Shown: one piece after another, positions 7,983 to 17,866 of the stretch | How the letters are laid out: every line of letters starts with the position of its first letter | Position numbering within the stretch: position 1 is the first letter of the stretch | IMG/VR virus record: IMGVR_UViG_3300031949_000051 | Coordinates: 1 to 53,795 of that record | Length of the DNA: 53,795 nt | Source of the DNA: a virus | Lineage: Duplodnaviria; Caudoviricetes | Reading direction: 5' to 3' (one strand) | Translations under genes and position numbers: made by a program | The notes under the pieces: generated by a model | What the model was told of the DNA's origin: nothing | The model's database searches: none | Seen by the model: the letters and a program-made list of their open reading frames with translations, nothing else

Positions 7983-9893
7983 ATGCCCGCAAGCGATGAT
8001 GTAGTCAAGCTCTCCCCCCAGGAGGAGGAGAAGCTCAACGCCGCCATCGAGCAGGCGATCATCGATCACGAGCAGGAGACCTCCGCCTTCTTCGAGATGG
8101 TGCGCCTCTGGCACCGCTTCTACGAACTCGACGCACCGAAGAAGGACTTCCCGTGGCGGGGCGCCTCGAACATCAACCTGCCGATGATCCCCACCGCCAT
8201 CGACCAGTTCAAGGCGAAGATCAAGCAGACGATCCGCTACGACCCCGAACTCTGGAACGCCCGGCCGATCCGACGCGGTGCGGCGGATTTTGGTGATCAA
8301 GCCCCCTTCGAGGGCGCCCAGATCGGCGACCAGCCGGCGATGTGGAAGGATGTTGCAACCGCCATCGCCGACTTCTGCAACACGATCAGCGACGACGACA
8401 TCGGTGGCCTCAACATCAACGAGGTTCTCGACGACTGGATCGACAACTTGGCGAAGGAGGGCACAGCTCCCGTCAAGATCGCTGTTGTCGATCACCTCAT
8501 CTCCGCCCGCGTCACCGACAAGCGCGGCAACCTCACGAGTATGCGTGTCGTTCGCTCCTCTCCCCAGATCATCCCCCTGTCGATCACCGAATGCGTGTGG
8601 GCGGTGGGGATCGCGTCCATCGAGGAGATGTGGATGTTCGGGCACATGATGGCGGTGGGCGACGGCCAGTTCCGGCGCTTCAATCGCCAGCTCCGCTACC
8701 GCCCGAGCGCCTACAAGCTCGCTATCGAGGCGCCCGAGGAGATCACCCACATCGTCGATGATGAGCGCGCCCGGCTCGAAGGCGTCGTCCCCCTCCGCCG
8801 CAGCCTCCACCGTTTGTACATCCTCAGTGTCGACTGGGTGCTTGACAACGGCGACGTGCGCCCGCTCGTTGTCACATGGCACCGTGGCAGCCGCCAGATC
8901 CTCCGCATCGTCGACTCCCCGCTCTGGCTCGTGGGGATGAAGGGATACGAGGTCAGCCGCTTCGAGCGGCGCGGCCGGCGCTTCCTCGGCCGCTCGCCCG
9001 TCGCCAACCTCGTCCCGCTCAACCGCGCCATGAACACGATGATCAACCAGACGTTCGATTCCAAGAGCGCCGCGAACGCTGGCATCGTGCTCGTCAAAGC
9101 AAACAGCAAGATCGCCGCGGAGATCGAGAAGAACGGGATCTACCCCGGCGCCACGTTTGAGTACGAGGAATCACCCACCGAACTCACCATCGTCCCTTTT
9201 TCGCAGAAGGACGTGATCGATACCATCGCGCTCAGCCAGCTCCTTCAGCAGTTCGCCGAGCGGGTGAGCCGGATCAGCGATGCTTCCGTCGGGCAGGTCC
9301 AGGCATCGAAGCGCACGCCCGCCTCGACCGGCCTCACGATCCTCCAGGAAGGCGCGACGATGATGGACGACGTGATCGCCCGCTTCCGCACCGATGCCGG
9401 CCGGGCGATGATCCAGGTACTCTACCTTTACGTGCTGGAGCGTCCGGGGATCTTCGCCGAGGTGCTCGGTGCGGAGCGCGGAGAGCTTCTCCGGCGCGCC
9501 CTCACCGACCCGGAGTATCCAATCAGCGCCTACCTTCGCGTCACACTCAAAGCCACCTCCAGCAGCCGCAGCCGCGATCTTGAACGCCAGCAGATCATAG
9601 GCACGGTGCAGATCCTCAACGGCTATTTGCAGCAGCTCATGCAGCTCGTTCCGCTCATGCTCGCTCCCAACATCCCACCCGAAGCCAAGGGCGTCTTCGT
9701 CGAGATCCTCAAGCCGCTCCAGCTCCTTATGCGCCGCATGGTCGAGGCGTCGAAGATGGAGGACCCAGAGCTGCTGGTGCCGGATCTCCTCACCCAGATC
9801 GGCAGCATCGCGGCCATAGCGGAGCAGACCGCCCAAGTGCTCGGCAGCGCAGGCGGATCGCCTGATCAGCAAGCCGCGGAGGCGGGAGTATGA
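7983..9893 (+). CDS. Portal protein
   Basis: 636 aa directly after TerL; FPWRGASN, GRSPVANL, RTPASTG motifs typical of podoviral portals. Confidence 0.88.
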   Translation: MPASDDVVKLSPQEEEKLNAAIEQAIIDHEQETSAFFEMVRLWHRFYELDAPKKDFPWRGASNINLPMIPTAIDQFKAKIKQTIRYDPELWNARPIRRGAADFGDQAPFEGAQIGDQPAMWKDVATAIADFCNTISDDDIGGLNINEVLDDWIDNLAKEGTAPVKIAVVDHLISARVTDKRGNLTSMRVVRSSPQIIPLSITECVWAVGIASIEEMWMFGHMMAVGDGQFRRFNRQLRYRPSAYKLAIEAPEEITHIVDDERARLEGVVPLRRSLHRLYILSVDWVLDNGDVRPLVVTWHRGSRQILRIVDSPLWLVGMKGYEVSRFERRGRRFLGRSPVANLVPLNRAMNTMINQTFDSKSAANAGIVLVKANSKIAAEIEKNGIYPGATFEYEESPTELTIVPFSQKDVIDTIALSQLLQQFAERVSRISDASVGQVQASKRTPASTGLTILQEGATMMDDVIARFRTDAGRAMIQVLYLYVLERPGIFAEVLGAERGELLRRALTDPEYPISAYLRVTLKATSSSRSRDLERQQIIGTVQILNGYLQQLMQLVPLMLAPNIPPEAKGVFVEILKPLQLLMRRMVEASKMEDPELLVPDLLTQIGSIAAIAEQTAQVLGSAGGSPDQQAAEAGV

Positions 9894-10189
9894 GCGGGGT
9901 GATCGAGCGTGGCCAGCGCCCGTGGCACGCACTTGTCGCAAGCGAAGGCTGGGAGACACTCTACTTGCACATCCAGACCCGCACCGTTGAGTGTCTCAAG
10001 CGCAGCCGCAACGCGATCCACGACAAAGACTTCCACGAAGCCGCTGGTTGGGAGTATGCTGCCAAGGAACTTGAAGGACTGGTCGCCGCGGCCGTGAGCA
10101 ACGTCCGTCGCGAGGAACAGGAAGAAAAGGAGAACCGCCATGACCGAACCCGAGAAGCCCCCGGCATCACCACCGGATTCCGCACTTAG
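9890..10189 (+). CDS. Hypothetical protein (post-portal)
   Basis: ATGA overlap; LVASEGW helical segment. Confidence 0.65.
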   Translation: MSGVIERGQRPWHALVASEGWETLYLHIQTRTVECLKRSRNAIHDKDFHEAAGWEYAAKELEGLVAAAVSNVRREEQEEKENRHDRTREAPGITTGFRT

Positions 10190-10970
10190 CGCCGCGCCCA
10201 AGCTCGGCGAGCCTACGAAGCCGGCCGTCAAGCCCGCAGCCACCCCGCCCGCCTCCGCTGCCGACCTCAAGAAGTTCGTGCAGGACGCAGTCGCGGAGAT
10301 GATCCCGCGCTCAGCCGAGGACACCGGTCCTGTGCCCGACATCCTTCCCGCGACCGCCCCCGCTCCCCCCACAGCCGAAGAGATCGACCGGCTGTTCAGC
10401 GAGAACAAGCAAGGGGAGGCCGTCAGCAAAGCCATCGCTGCCGCCTCCGCCGCCTCCTCCCCCACCACCGCCCGTCTCATGCGGCAGGACTCCTTCCGCG
10501 AGGTGGAGTCAGGCGACGAGCTTGGCCCGGTGTACAAGAAGCACCGCAAACGCATCCACGAGGCGCTCGTTTCCATGCGGCTGACCGACGCCCACCTCAG
10601 CACCCCGCAGGCGGTCGATGCCGCCGTCCGCCTCGTCGTCTCCCAGAATTCGGACATGTTCGACGACCTTGCCTCCCAGCGCGCTACGCGCCGGTTGGCG
10701 GCCGCGGGCACGTCGGCCTCTGCCGCTGCACCAGTCACGGGGCCGACTGGTGCCGGCATGCCGGCTGCCCGCGTTGAAGTCCCCGGTGCCGCACCGGAGC
10801 ACACTGCCGGCGCGGGCGACGTTGTGGAAGACATGGACAAGGACGAGGCCGCCATGTGGGTGAAGATGGGCCTCGATCCCAAGGAAGTCTCCAAGGAGAA
10901 GGAACGGATGCGCAACGCCGGCAAGGAAGGCGGCCCGCGCATCGAACGCGCGTACGGAGTGGAGGTCTGA
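10140..10970 (+). CDS. Capsid scaffolding protein (putative)
   Basis: AAGGAG RBS; Pro/Ala-rich, helical; between portal and capsid. Confidence 0.65.
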   Translation: MTEPEKPPASPPDSALSAAPKLGEPTKPAVKPAATPPASAADLKKFVQDAVAEMIPRSAEDTGPVPDILPATAPAPPTAEEIDRLFSENKQGEAVSKAIAAASAASSPTTARLMRQDSFREVESGDELGPVYKKHRKRIHEALVSMRLTDAHLSTPQAVDAAVRLVVSQNSDMFDDLASQRATRRLAAAGTSASAAAPVTGPTGAGMPAARVEVPGAAPEHTAGAGDVVEDMDKDEAAMWVKMGLDPKEVSKEKERMRNAGKEGGPRIERAYGVEV

Positions 10971-10971
10971 G

Positions 10972-11610
10972 ATGGCGCTCTTCAAGAAAACTGACGATTA
11001 CAAGTCCGAGTTGCTGAAGCCAACGGAGCCGATTGTGCCGACGGTCGTTGCCATGCCCCCCGCCGAGCCCCTCACCATCGCCGACCTCGACGAGACTCCG
11101 CCCGCCCCCGCTGCGCCGGACGCTCCCTCCCTCGCCTCCGACGAAGCCTGGGAGAAGATGATCGTTGTCAACGAGGCTTCTTTCCCCTCGTTCTACAACG
11201 TCCCGAAGCGCCACGAAGCTCCCCACGACCGCTATTACTACGCGTGGGCGAACACGAACGCGCTCAACATGCAGTACAAGATCGCCGTCGGCTGGCGCAT
11301 CGTCCCTCCATCCATGTGCCGCAGCCTCGGCCTCAACGAGTACCAGATCAAGGAAGACTGCGCCAAGGTGATGGACATGGTGCTCGTGTACATCCCCCGC
11401 CGCCCGCTCGATGAGTTCCGCCGCCGGGTGGAGGAGCAGGAGATCCGCAACCCGCTTGAGGCGCCGGCTGTCCAGCAGTTCCTCGACATGAGCAGCAAGA
11501 GCCACGGGATCACCACCTTCGGCGGCCCGGCCGAAGAGATCGCCGCCCGCAACAAGTGGCGCCTCGACCGTCCCATCCGGGTCGGCTACACCGGGCGGGG
11601 CCAGCGGTGA
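10972..11610 (+). CDS. Head-module hypothetical protein
   Basis: GGAGG RBS; YYAW...GW...DMVLV pattern; precedes capsid. Confidence 0.75.
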   Translation: MALFKKTDDYKSELLKPTEPIVPTVVAMPPAEPLTIADLDETPPAPAAPDAPSLASDEAWEKMIVVNEASFPSFYNVPKRHEAPHDRYYYAWANTNALNMQYKIAVGWRIVPPSMCRSLGLNEYQIKEDCAKVMDMVLVYIPRRPLDEFRRRVEEQEIRNPLEAPAVQQFLDMSSKSHGITTFGGPAEEIAARNKWRLDRPIRVGYTGRGQR

Positions 11611-11807
11611 GCAGCGGCAATGGCAATGGCCGGGTGCTGATTGCTCCCCAGGATGCTACCTTGCTTGAAGGCGGCTTCATTACCCGCGACTCCATCGTTG
11701 TCACCGTCCCTCACGGCCACCCGCTCAGCGAAGAGAACATGACGCAGCTTCTCCAGGCGTGGTGTGATCAGCGCGATCAGATGATCCGCTGCATCGAGGG
11801 CAAGTAA
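11607..11807 (+). CDS. Hypothetical protein
   Basis: GTGA overlap with upstream stop. Confidence 0.55.
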   Translation: MSSGNGNGRVLIAPQDATLLEGGFITRDSIVVTVPHGHPLSEENMTQLLQAWCDQRDQMIRCIEGK

Positions 11808-11829
11808 ATGCCCCCTCGCGTGCTACGCT
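11795..11829 (+). promoter_or_regulatory. Putative late promoter (copy 2, major capsid)
   Basis: CGAGGGCAAG-N7-CCCCTCGCGTGCTACGCT. Confidence 0.65.
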
Positions 11830-11870
11830 TCAACTTGTACGGCCCCCAGTAGCAAGGAGACCTCCCCAGA

Positions 11871-12797
11871 ATGATCGTTACGGGAGCATTGACCTCAGCG
11901 AATGGGATCGCATCCCTTCTTGAGCCCGGCATCCGCACGCTTACCGGGAAGGGGCTTCGTCGCCGGCCTTCCGAGTACGATTCGTACCTCTTCGTCTCAA
12001 GCTCGCGCAAGGCCAAGGAGACGAACCTCGAACTCGCGGGGCTCCCCATCGCTGTCGAGCGCGCCGAGAACGAACCCATCGCCACCTTCGACCCGGCGGT
12101 TGGAAACGCCAAGGCCCACCCGATGCGCTCCTTCGCCATCGGCTTCGAGTATTCCTGGGAATCAGTCGACGATGACCTGTACGACTGGGTTCCGTCCATT
12201 GCCCGCCAGCTCGGCGAGTCGATGGCCGAGGCCAAGGAACTCGACTGCGCCAAGATCCTCAACCGCGGCTTCCCGACCGGAGGCAACGTCACCACGTACA
12301 ACGGGGAGACGCTCTTCAACACCTCCCACCCGGCAGTACCGGGGACGGCTGGCCCGAACCAGAACAACGTGGTCACCGGCGACATCGGCATCGGCACTCT
12401 CCAGACCGTCTTCACCGACATGGAGAACCGCGTCGATTCACAGGGCAAGCGAATGAGGGTGCGCCCAGTGAACCTGTTCTACGCGCCTTCGTACGACTTC
12501 CTCGTCCGCGAGATCTTCCAGTCCGAGAAGCGGCCGTTCTCCGCCAACAACGAGATCAACTCGATGATGGGGCGGCTTCAGCCGAAGATGCTTCACTACC
12601 TTGACGTTGCCGATACCTGGATCGTCAAGGGCGACCTCGGCGAAGAGTACGACCTCCGCTTCTACAACCGCACCCCGCCCTCGATGCGCAGCTTCGACGA
12701 CGAGCGCACGCGTTCCAGCGTGTTCACCGTCGCGGCCCGCTGGGGCACGGGAGCGGATGCTTGGCAGAACGTGCATGGAGGCAAGCTCGTCCCGTAA
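11871..12797 (+). CDS. Major capsid protein
   Basis: 308 aa; SSRKAKE, ESVDDDLY, AKILNRGF, GETLFNTSHP, ARWGTGADAWQ patterns of Mu gpT-like HK97-fold capsids; AAGGAG RBS. Confidence 0.88.
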   Translation: MIVTGALTSANGIASLLEPGIRTLTGKGLRRRPSEYDSYLFVSSSRKAKETNLELAGLPIAVERAENEPIATFDPAVGNAKAHPMRSFAIGFEYSWESVDDDLYDWVPSIARQLGESMAEAKELDCAKILNRGFPTGGNVTTYNGETLFNTSHPAVPGTAGPNQNNVVTGDIGIGTLQTVFTDMENRVDSQGKRMRVRPVNLFYAPSYDFLVREIFQSEKRPFSANNEINSMMGRLQPKMLHYLDVADTWIVKGDLGEEYDLRFYNRTPPSMRSFDDERTRSSVFTVAARWGTGADAWQNVHGGKLVP

Positions 12798-12873
12798 CGC
12801 GGCGGGATAAGTCGCGTAACGCCCGGCCCCTGATCACACGAACCCTCGCAAGCGCGGGGTAGGAGATCGAACA

Positions 12874-13497
12874 ATGGCACTGACCACGACCGGCGCAGTA
12901 AAGTGTTTCAACCCGACCGCCCGCCACCCGAAGTACGCTGCGGGCCACACGGCGGCTATCACCCGCACGTACCGGGTGAACGTCTCACAGACCATCAAGA
13001 AGGGTGATCCGATCATCCAGTCCGCCGGCAAGGCGTCCCGAGCCGCGGACGCCGCGGACCTTGCCAGCACCAACCTGCTTGGCATCGCCGCATCCGACAA
13101 GACGACCACCGGCACCGTCACCATCAACGACGTGATCCAGGTGTACGACGCCCGGGCCAACGTCTTCGAGGCGAGCTGCTTCAGCTCGGAGACCGTGGAC
13201 TACGACTTCGTGGACCACTCGGACCTTCTGACCGACGGCCGGGCGTTGGCGATGTGCGATGCCGCGCCTTACGGCACCGCTGCATTCCCGACGTTCTGGG
13301 GCATCGACATCGACGCTGGAGTCACCCAGGACATCTGTCAGGTGCTGGACCTCTCCTCGACTCAGCCGTTCATCGACCCGGCGACTGGCGTCCAGCTCGT
13401 GAAGATCGGCGACAAGGTTCCGTCGTCAGGTGCGCAGACCGGCATCCTGAACCCCCGCGTCATCTTCGTGTTCGCCAGCGCGCTTTACGGGCTGTGA
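12874..13497 (+). CDS. Head decoration/cement protein (putative)
   Basis: IKKGDP...LLGIA...VYD pattern; adjacent to capsid; AGGAG RBS. Confidence 0.6.
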   Translation: MALTTTGAVKCFNPTARHPKYAAGHTAAITRTYRVNVSQTIKKGDPIIQSAGKASRAADAADLASTNLLGIAASDKTTTGTVTINDVIQVYDARANVFEASCFSSETVDYDFVDHSDLLTDGRALAMCDAAPYGTAAFPTFWGIDIDAGVTQDICQVLDLSSTQPFIDPATGVQLVKIGDKVPSSGAQTGILNPRVIFVFASALYGL

Positions 13498-13510
13498 GGG
13501 AGGCTGAATA

Positions 13511-14005
13511 ATGGGCATCTCTCCGACTGGAATCAAGACCAACGTTGGCGGAAGCGAGGTTGGCGGACCGCTGGTGGGAGCGTACATTGAGATCCCACTG
13601 ACTCTCATCGGGGTCAACCCGGCGGCGACCGCTCCGGGTGCGGTCACACTCACGCTCCGGCACAAGCTGGCGCAAGCGATCCGCGTTGATGAAGTGAGTT
13701 TCACCACGGCTGCTTCTTCGGGTGGCGCCTCGCGCCCGACCGTGCAGATCACCGACGGCACGAACAACCTGTTTTCGGCGAGCACACTCAACGTGGCGGC
13801 CGCGGGGGCTGTAAGCGTCACACCCACCTCTGCGGTATCTCTCGTCGCTGCGCAACGCACCCGGGCCAAGGGCGACATACTTCAGATTCAAGTGACGTTC
13901 GTGGCGGCGGAGATTACCAGCGGCTTGACGTGCAGCATCAACGGCCACTCGCTTGCTCACGCGGTTGCCACTGCGGCCGCGCCTGATTTCGCCAAGAACT
14001 TCTGA
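13511..14005 (+). CDS. Virion structural protein (putative)
   Basis: GGGAGG RBS; beta-rich Ala/Thr/Val composition. Confidence 0.7.
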   Translation: MGISPTGIKTNVGGSEVGGPLVGAYIEIPLTLIGVNPAATAPGAVTLTLRHKLAQAIRVDEVSFTTAASSGGASRPTVQITDGTNNLFSASTLNVAAAGAVSVTPTSAVSLVAAQRTRAKGDILQIQVTFVAAEITSGLTCSINGHSLAHAVATAAAPDFAKNF

Positions 14006-14021
14006 CGGAGGGTAACGCTCC

Positions 14022-14318
14022 GTGGCCATCACCAAGACGAACCCCGTCGCCCACCAGCTTGCCATCAACTTGGCTGGTGGTGCCGAGGTCAGCTTCACGT
14101 TCCCGCAAGGCACGACTGCGTTCTCGATCATCTCCCGCACCGGAGTCAACTACCGCGTCGGCTTCCGTGCCGGCGACGTGACTGCCGGCGACTACTTCCT
14201 CAAGACCGGCTCGACGGAGTGGTACGAGGATTGTGTGATGCTGATGAACAACCGCAGGTTCTGGTTCACCAGCGACACCGCAGGCGGGCACAACCTTGAC
14301 ATCCTAACATGGCAATGA
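14022..14318 (+). CDS. Hypothetical structural protein
   Basis: GGAGG RBS; operon position. Confidence 0.65.
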   Translation: MAITKTNPVAHQLAINLAGGAEVSFTFPQGTTAFSIISRTGVNYRVGFRAGDVTAGDYFLKTGSTEWYEDCVMLMNNRRFWFTSDTAGGHNLDILTWQ

Positions 14319-14328
14319 AGCGAGCCGG

Positions 14329-14532
14329 ATGATGCCCAAGCCATCAGTGACGATACGGAAGGCGGATGACGGGAGCTTCGTGATTGAAGGGAGCATCCCC
14401 AGCTACGCGACCGGGAGCGATCCCTACCCGCCTTCGGAGTTCATCACCAACACCGCGCCCAGCATCGACAAAGCGCTCTCCAAGGCCGCCAAAGTGCTCC
14501 GCAAGCGGCCCGTCAACGGAAAGGAACTCTGA
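14329..14532 (+). CDS. Hypothetical protein
   Basis: VTIRKADDGSFVI pattern. Confidence 0.6.
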   Translation: MMPKPSVTIRKADDGSFVIEGSIPSYATGSDPYPPSEFITNTAPSIDKALSKAAKVLRKRPVNGKEL

Positions 14533-14660
14533 TGCCTCGCCCCACCCGCCAGGACCGAGCCGCCGCCGCAGTGCGCAAGATATCCGCCCCGGTGAAGGAG
14601 AGCAGCCGTCCAGTCACCATCCGTCGGCCGACGAAGCCGGTGTACGGCAGGGAGGTTTGA
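14532..14660 (+). CDS. Small basic protein (42 aa)
   Basis: TGATG-coupled at both ends. Confidence 0.45.
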   Translation: MPRPTRQDRAAAAVRKISAPVKESSRPVTIRRPTKPVYGREV

Positions 14661-14782
14661 TGTCTCAGATGCTCACCTCCATCCTCGCGCTCATCTGCCC
14701 GGTCTGCAACGCCGGCCTCGTCGTTCAAGGCTGCAAGAAGCGCTGCCATGGGTGCGGCTACTTCGAGGGGTGCAGCGAGTAA
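14660..14782 (+). CDS. Small Zn-ribbon protein (40 aa)
   Basis: GGAGG RBS; CPVC...GCKKRCHGCGYFEGC. Confidence 0.6.
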   Translation: MSQMLTSILALICPVCNAGLVVQGCKKRCHGCGYFEGCSE

Positions 14783-14785
14783 CTT

Positions 14786-16090
14786 GTGGCCGACAACACA
14801 CTTCTGAACGCCGGCACGGGCGGGGACACCCTTGCCTCGGATGACATCGTTGGAATCAAGCACCAAAGGGTAAAGGTCGAGTTCGGAGCGGACGGGTCGG
14901 CGACAGACGTAAGCGCCGCCGCACCGCTCCCGACCGAGCAGATCGGCGCCACCCCGGCTGGCGCCAACGCCATTGGCCGTCTCACCGGCACCGTCTCGAC
15001 CGCCAACTCCACCACAACGCCCCTCGGCATCGGTGGCATATTCACCGGTACATTCGAGGAGATCAAGGACTACGGCGCGATTAGCGTCATCGTGTTCGCG
15101 AATGTGGCGAGTGCCGCGGACGGGCTTGCGTTCCAGTGGTCCAGTGACGGCGTCAACGCGGACAGAATCGAGTCCTCGTCCGTCGATGCTGCTACTGGAC
15201 GAGCGTTCAGCCTCACGCCTCGCGCTCGGTACTTTCGCGTAGTCTACACAAACGGCGGCACGGGGCAGGCGACGTTCCGGCTCGGAACCGTGTTTCACCC
15301 CGCAGGAAGCGGACTCATCTCCCGCCCGCTCGATCAGGCGCTGAATGACGAGAACTTCGCGCAGACGGTGCGGGCATGCCTCGATGCACAGGACACCACC
15401 ACTGACTTCTCCCACATCCAGGCGCGTGACGCAGCCCCCGCCGGAACGGAGATGGGGTTGGTCACCCGTAACATCCCCTCTGGAACGCAGCCCGTCAGTG
15501 CGGCCTCCCTGCCGCTTCCGACTGGCGCCGCCACCGCCGCCCTCCAGCTTGCGAACTCGCACGATGTCACGGTGGACAACGCAGCAGGCGCAACGTCGGT
15601 CCCGGTCCAGGGTGCGGCAGCGCATGACGCGGCGACAGCGGGGAACCCCACCCTCGTCGGCGGGCAGATGGAGACGATTGCTGACTCCGCGCCGGGTACG
15701 CGGGCGGGTACGGACGGCGACGCCACGAAGCTGGCGGCGCTCGACGGGGCGCTCTACGTTATCCCCACCGGCCCGCAGTCGTGGCAGACGGTCAACCTCG
15801 GGACGCTTACGGGTGCGACGGTCAAGGGGACTCCGGGAGCGGGACTCTCGCTCTATGTTACCTGGATGACGTTCTCCATCGGTGCGGCGACGGCCTCATC
15901 GATCAAACTGACGATCAGCGCCGGAGCGGACATCACCGGCCCGCACTATCTTGAGGCAATCAATGGTCGGGGCGTTCATTTCACGTTCCCAACGCCCCTC
16001 AAGGTGACGGCCAACACCGCGCTCCTTGCGACCTCCACAGGCTCCGCCACCGCAACGCTCAACGTCGGCGGATTTACGGCTCCGGGCTAA
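14786..16090 (+). CDS. Tail/fibre-type structural protein
   Basis: N-terminal ADN...HQRVKVEFGADG..DVS..PLP and GTQPVSAASLPLPTGAAT segments typical of phage fibres. Confidence 0.75.
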   Translation: MADNTLLNAGTGGDTLASDDIVGIKHQRVKVEFGADGSATDVSAAAPLPTEQIGATPAGANAIGRLTGTVSTANSTTTPLGIGGIFTGTFEEIKDYGAISVIVFANVASAADGLAFQWSSDGVNADRIESSSVDAATGRAFSLTPRARYFRVVYTNGGTGQATFRLGTVFHPAGSGLISRPLDQALNDENFAQTVRACLDAQDTTTDFSHIQARDAAPAGTEMGLVTRNIPSGTQPVSAASLPLPTGAATAALQLANSHDVTVDNAAGATSVPVQGAAAHDAATAGNPTLVGGQMETIADSAPGTRAGTDGDATKLAALDGALYVIPTGPQSWQTVNLGTLTGATVKGTPGAGLSLYVTWMTFSIGAATASSIKLTISAGADITGPHYLEAINGRGVHFTFPTPLKVTANTALLATSTGSATATLNVGGFTAPG

Positions 16091-16093
16091 GAG

Positions 16094-17380
16094 ATGGCGC
16101 TCTCCTACAAGGCGCTGTTCTTCAGCGCTGGCCTGACCACAACCGGCGTGAAGTCTCTAACCGGCTTCGGCTTCCAGCCCAAGGTTGTTCGCATCACGAT
16201 GAATGGGCGCACCGACACTGTGGACGCAAGCGGGCTCGCCAATATCCGCCTGAGCATCGGCTGCGCAGCCACCGCGACGGATCGAGGAGTCTGCGCCTTT
16301 TCTTCTCTAAATGCAGCCGCAGCCGCTGATGTCGGAAGCCGCATGGCAGCCGGGCTTGTCATGGAGACGGATGGGGCGGCGGCGGAGATCGGCTTCGCGG
16401 ACTTCAGCGCCTTCGTTTCCGATGGCGTCGAGATTAACGTCACCAACGCCTTCACGGCTGATTTTCGCCTTCTCGTAGAGTGTTGGGGTGGGACGGATAT
16501 CACGAACGTGCGGGGAGCCGTCAAGTTCAATTGGGGAGATGCGACGGGGAACGTCACCTTTGGTTCGTTTGGCTTCGATCCCGGCGCCGATTCCTACTTT
16601 TTCTTCTGGGGCGCGGGACACGCCAATGCTGCGTTGCCGACGATTGAGGAGGATGCGTACCAGCCGTGCGTCGGGATTGCTCGCTCCGCCTCTCCGATTC
16701 AGCAGGGCGTGTGCATGTATAACCACGACGACAACTCGACGACTGCCGATGTGGACGAGTACACGCGGGGCGATGAGTGCTTGGCGACGATGGCTCAGGC
16801 GGGAGCCGCTGTCACAAATCGCCGTGCCACTTTCGTCGGTAGCGCGTCTGACGGCTTCACGATCAACGTGCTCGAAGCGACCGCTGTGCAGAGGCACTCT
16901 TTCTGCATGTGCATTAAGGGCGGAAGCCATCACATCGGCAGCCTCCTGACGCAGACCGACACAACGACGGACATCGTGGAGAGCGGCTTCGGCTTCGCGC
17001 CTGTCGGTGTGAGTTTCTTCTCCATCTCCCAGCCAGAGCCTGCTGCTGGGACGGCCGTAAGTGACGGCAAACTCTCGATAGGCTGCGCAACCTCCACGAC
17101 GGACGAGAAGTGCTTATCCATCGCCAGCAACAACGGCGCACTCAACATGGAAGAGAACACCGCTATCGAGCACGACGCGGTGTATGCGCGCATCACTGAC
17201 ACAACCGGGGCCATCGAAGGGCTTATGCGGATGCAGTCCATGCCCGACTCCGACGGCTTCACCTGCCGAATGGACGACGCCGATGCGGCCCAGGAGTTCG
17301 TCATCTTCTCCGCCCACGGCAACACCCCAGCCGCTCCCTCCACAACCGGCATCGGCTGGTTCGGCGCGGGGTGGTTCTGA
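16094..17380 (+). CDS. Structural protein with repeated beta modules
   Basis: Three GFGFQP / SFGFDP / GFGFAP repeats. Confidence 0.75.
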   Translation: MALSYKALFFSAGLTTTGVKSLTGFGFQPKVVRITMNGRTDTVDASGLANIRLSIGCAATATDRGVCAFSSLNAAAAADVGSRMAAGLVMETDGAAAEIGFADFSAFVSDGVEINVTNAFTADFRLLVECWGGTDITNVRGAVKFNWGDATGNVTFGSFGFDPGADSYFFFWGAGHANAALPTIEEDAYQPCVGIARSASPIQQGVCMYNHDDNSTTADVDEYTRGDECLATMAQAGAAVTNRRATFVGSASDGFTINVLEATAVQRHSFCMCIKGGSHHIGSLLTQTDTTTDIVESGFGFAPVGVSFFSISQPEPAAGTAVSDGKLSIGCATSTTDEKCLSIASNNGALNMEENTAIEHDAVYARITDTTGAIEGLMRMQSMPDSDGFTCRMDDADAAQEFVIFSAHGNTPAAPSTTGIGWFGAGWF

Positions 17381-17484
17381 TGCTGCTCTGGCTGATGAAC
17401 CTTGGCTTCGCTGGTGGAGGCGCTCCGGCTCCCCCTCCCCCGACCAGCACAACCACTCGGCTCACCCGCCTCGGTGTGCGATAA
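17380..17484 (+). CDS. Small peptide MLLWLMNLGFAGG... (34 aa)
   Basis: TGATG coupling; hydrophobic N-terminus, Pro run. Confidence 0.45.
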   Translation: MLLWLMNLGFAGGGAPAPPPPTSTTTRLTRLGVR

Positions 17485-17576
17485 TAGGTCATGCGAATAC
17501 GCTTCCCCGGGCGTATCCATTCGGAGCCTCCCGCCCGCCTCCGCTGGTGGCAGCGGTTGATCGCTTGGCTGCGTAA

Positions 17577-17864
17577 ATGCATCCGATCCCTAACAGCGCG
17601 ATTCCGGTAAGCGGCAGCGGCCCGCTCCGGGCCGGTCAGCGCGGGCGCATCACTGGAGTGCTGATCCGCGGCGGCACAGCCGCCTCCGCCGACATCCGCA
17701 TCCGCAACGGCCAGCTCGTCGGCAACGCGATCATCATCCCGCAGATCGTCGCCGCAACCAACACCACGGAAGGCTTCGTCGGCTTCCCGGTCCCGTTTGT
17801 CAACGGCTTCTACATCGAAGTGACCCTCCCTGCCGGCGCCGAAGCCAACGTGTATATCGACTGA
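17577..17864 (+). CDS. Small structural protein
   Basis: Beta-rich; PVPFVNGFYIEV C-terminal pattern. Confidence 0.65.
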   Translation: MHPIPNSAIPVSGSGPLRAGQRGRITGVLIRGGTAASADIRIRNGQLVGNAIIIPQIVAATNTTEGFVGFPVPFVNGFYIEVTLPAGAEANVYID

Positions 17865-17866
17865 TC

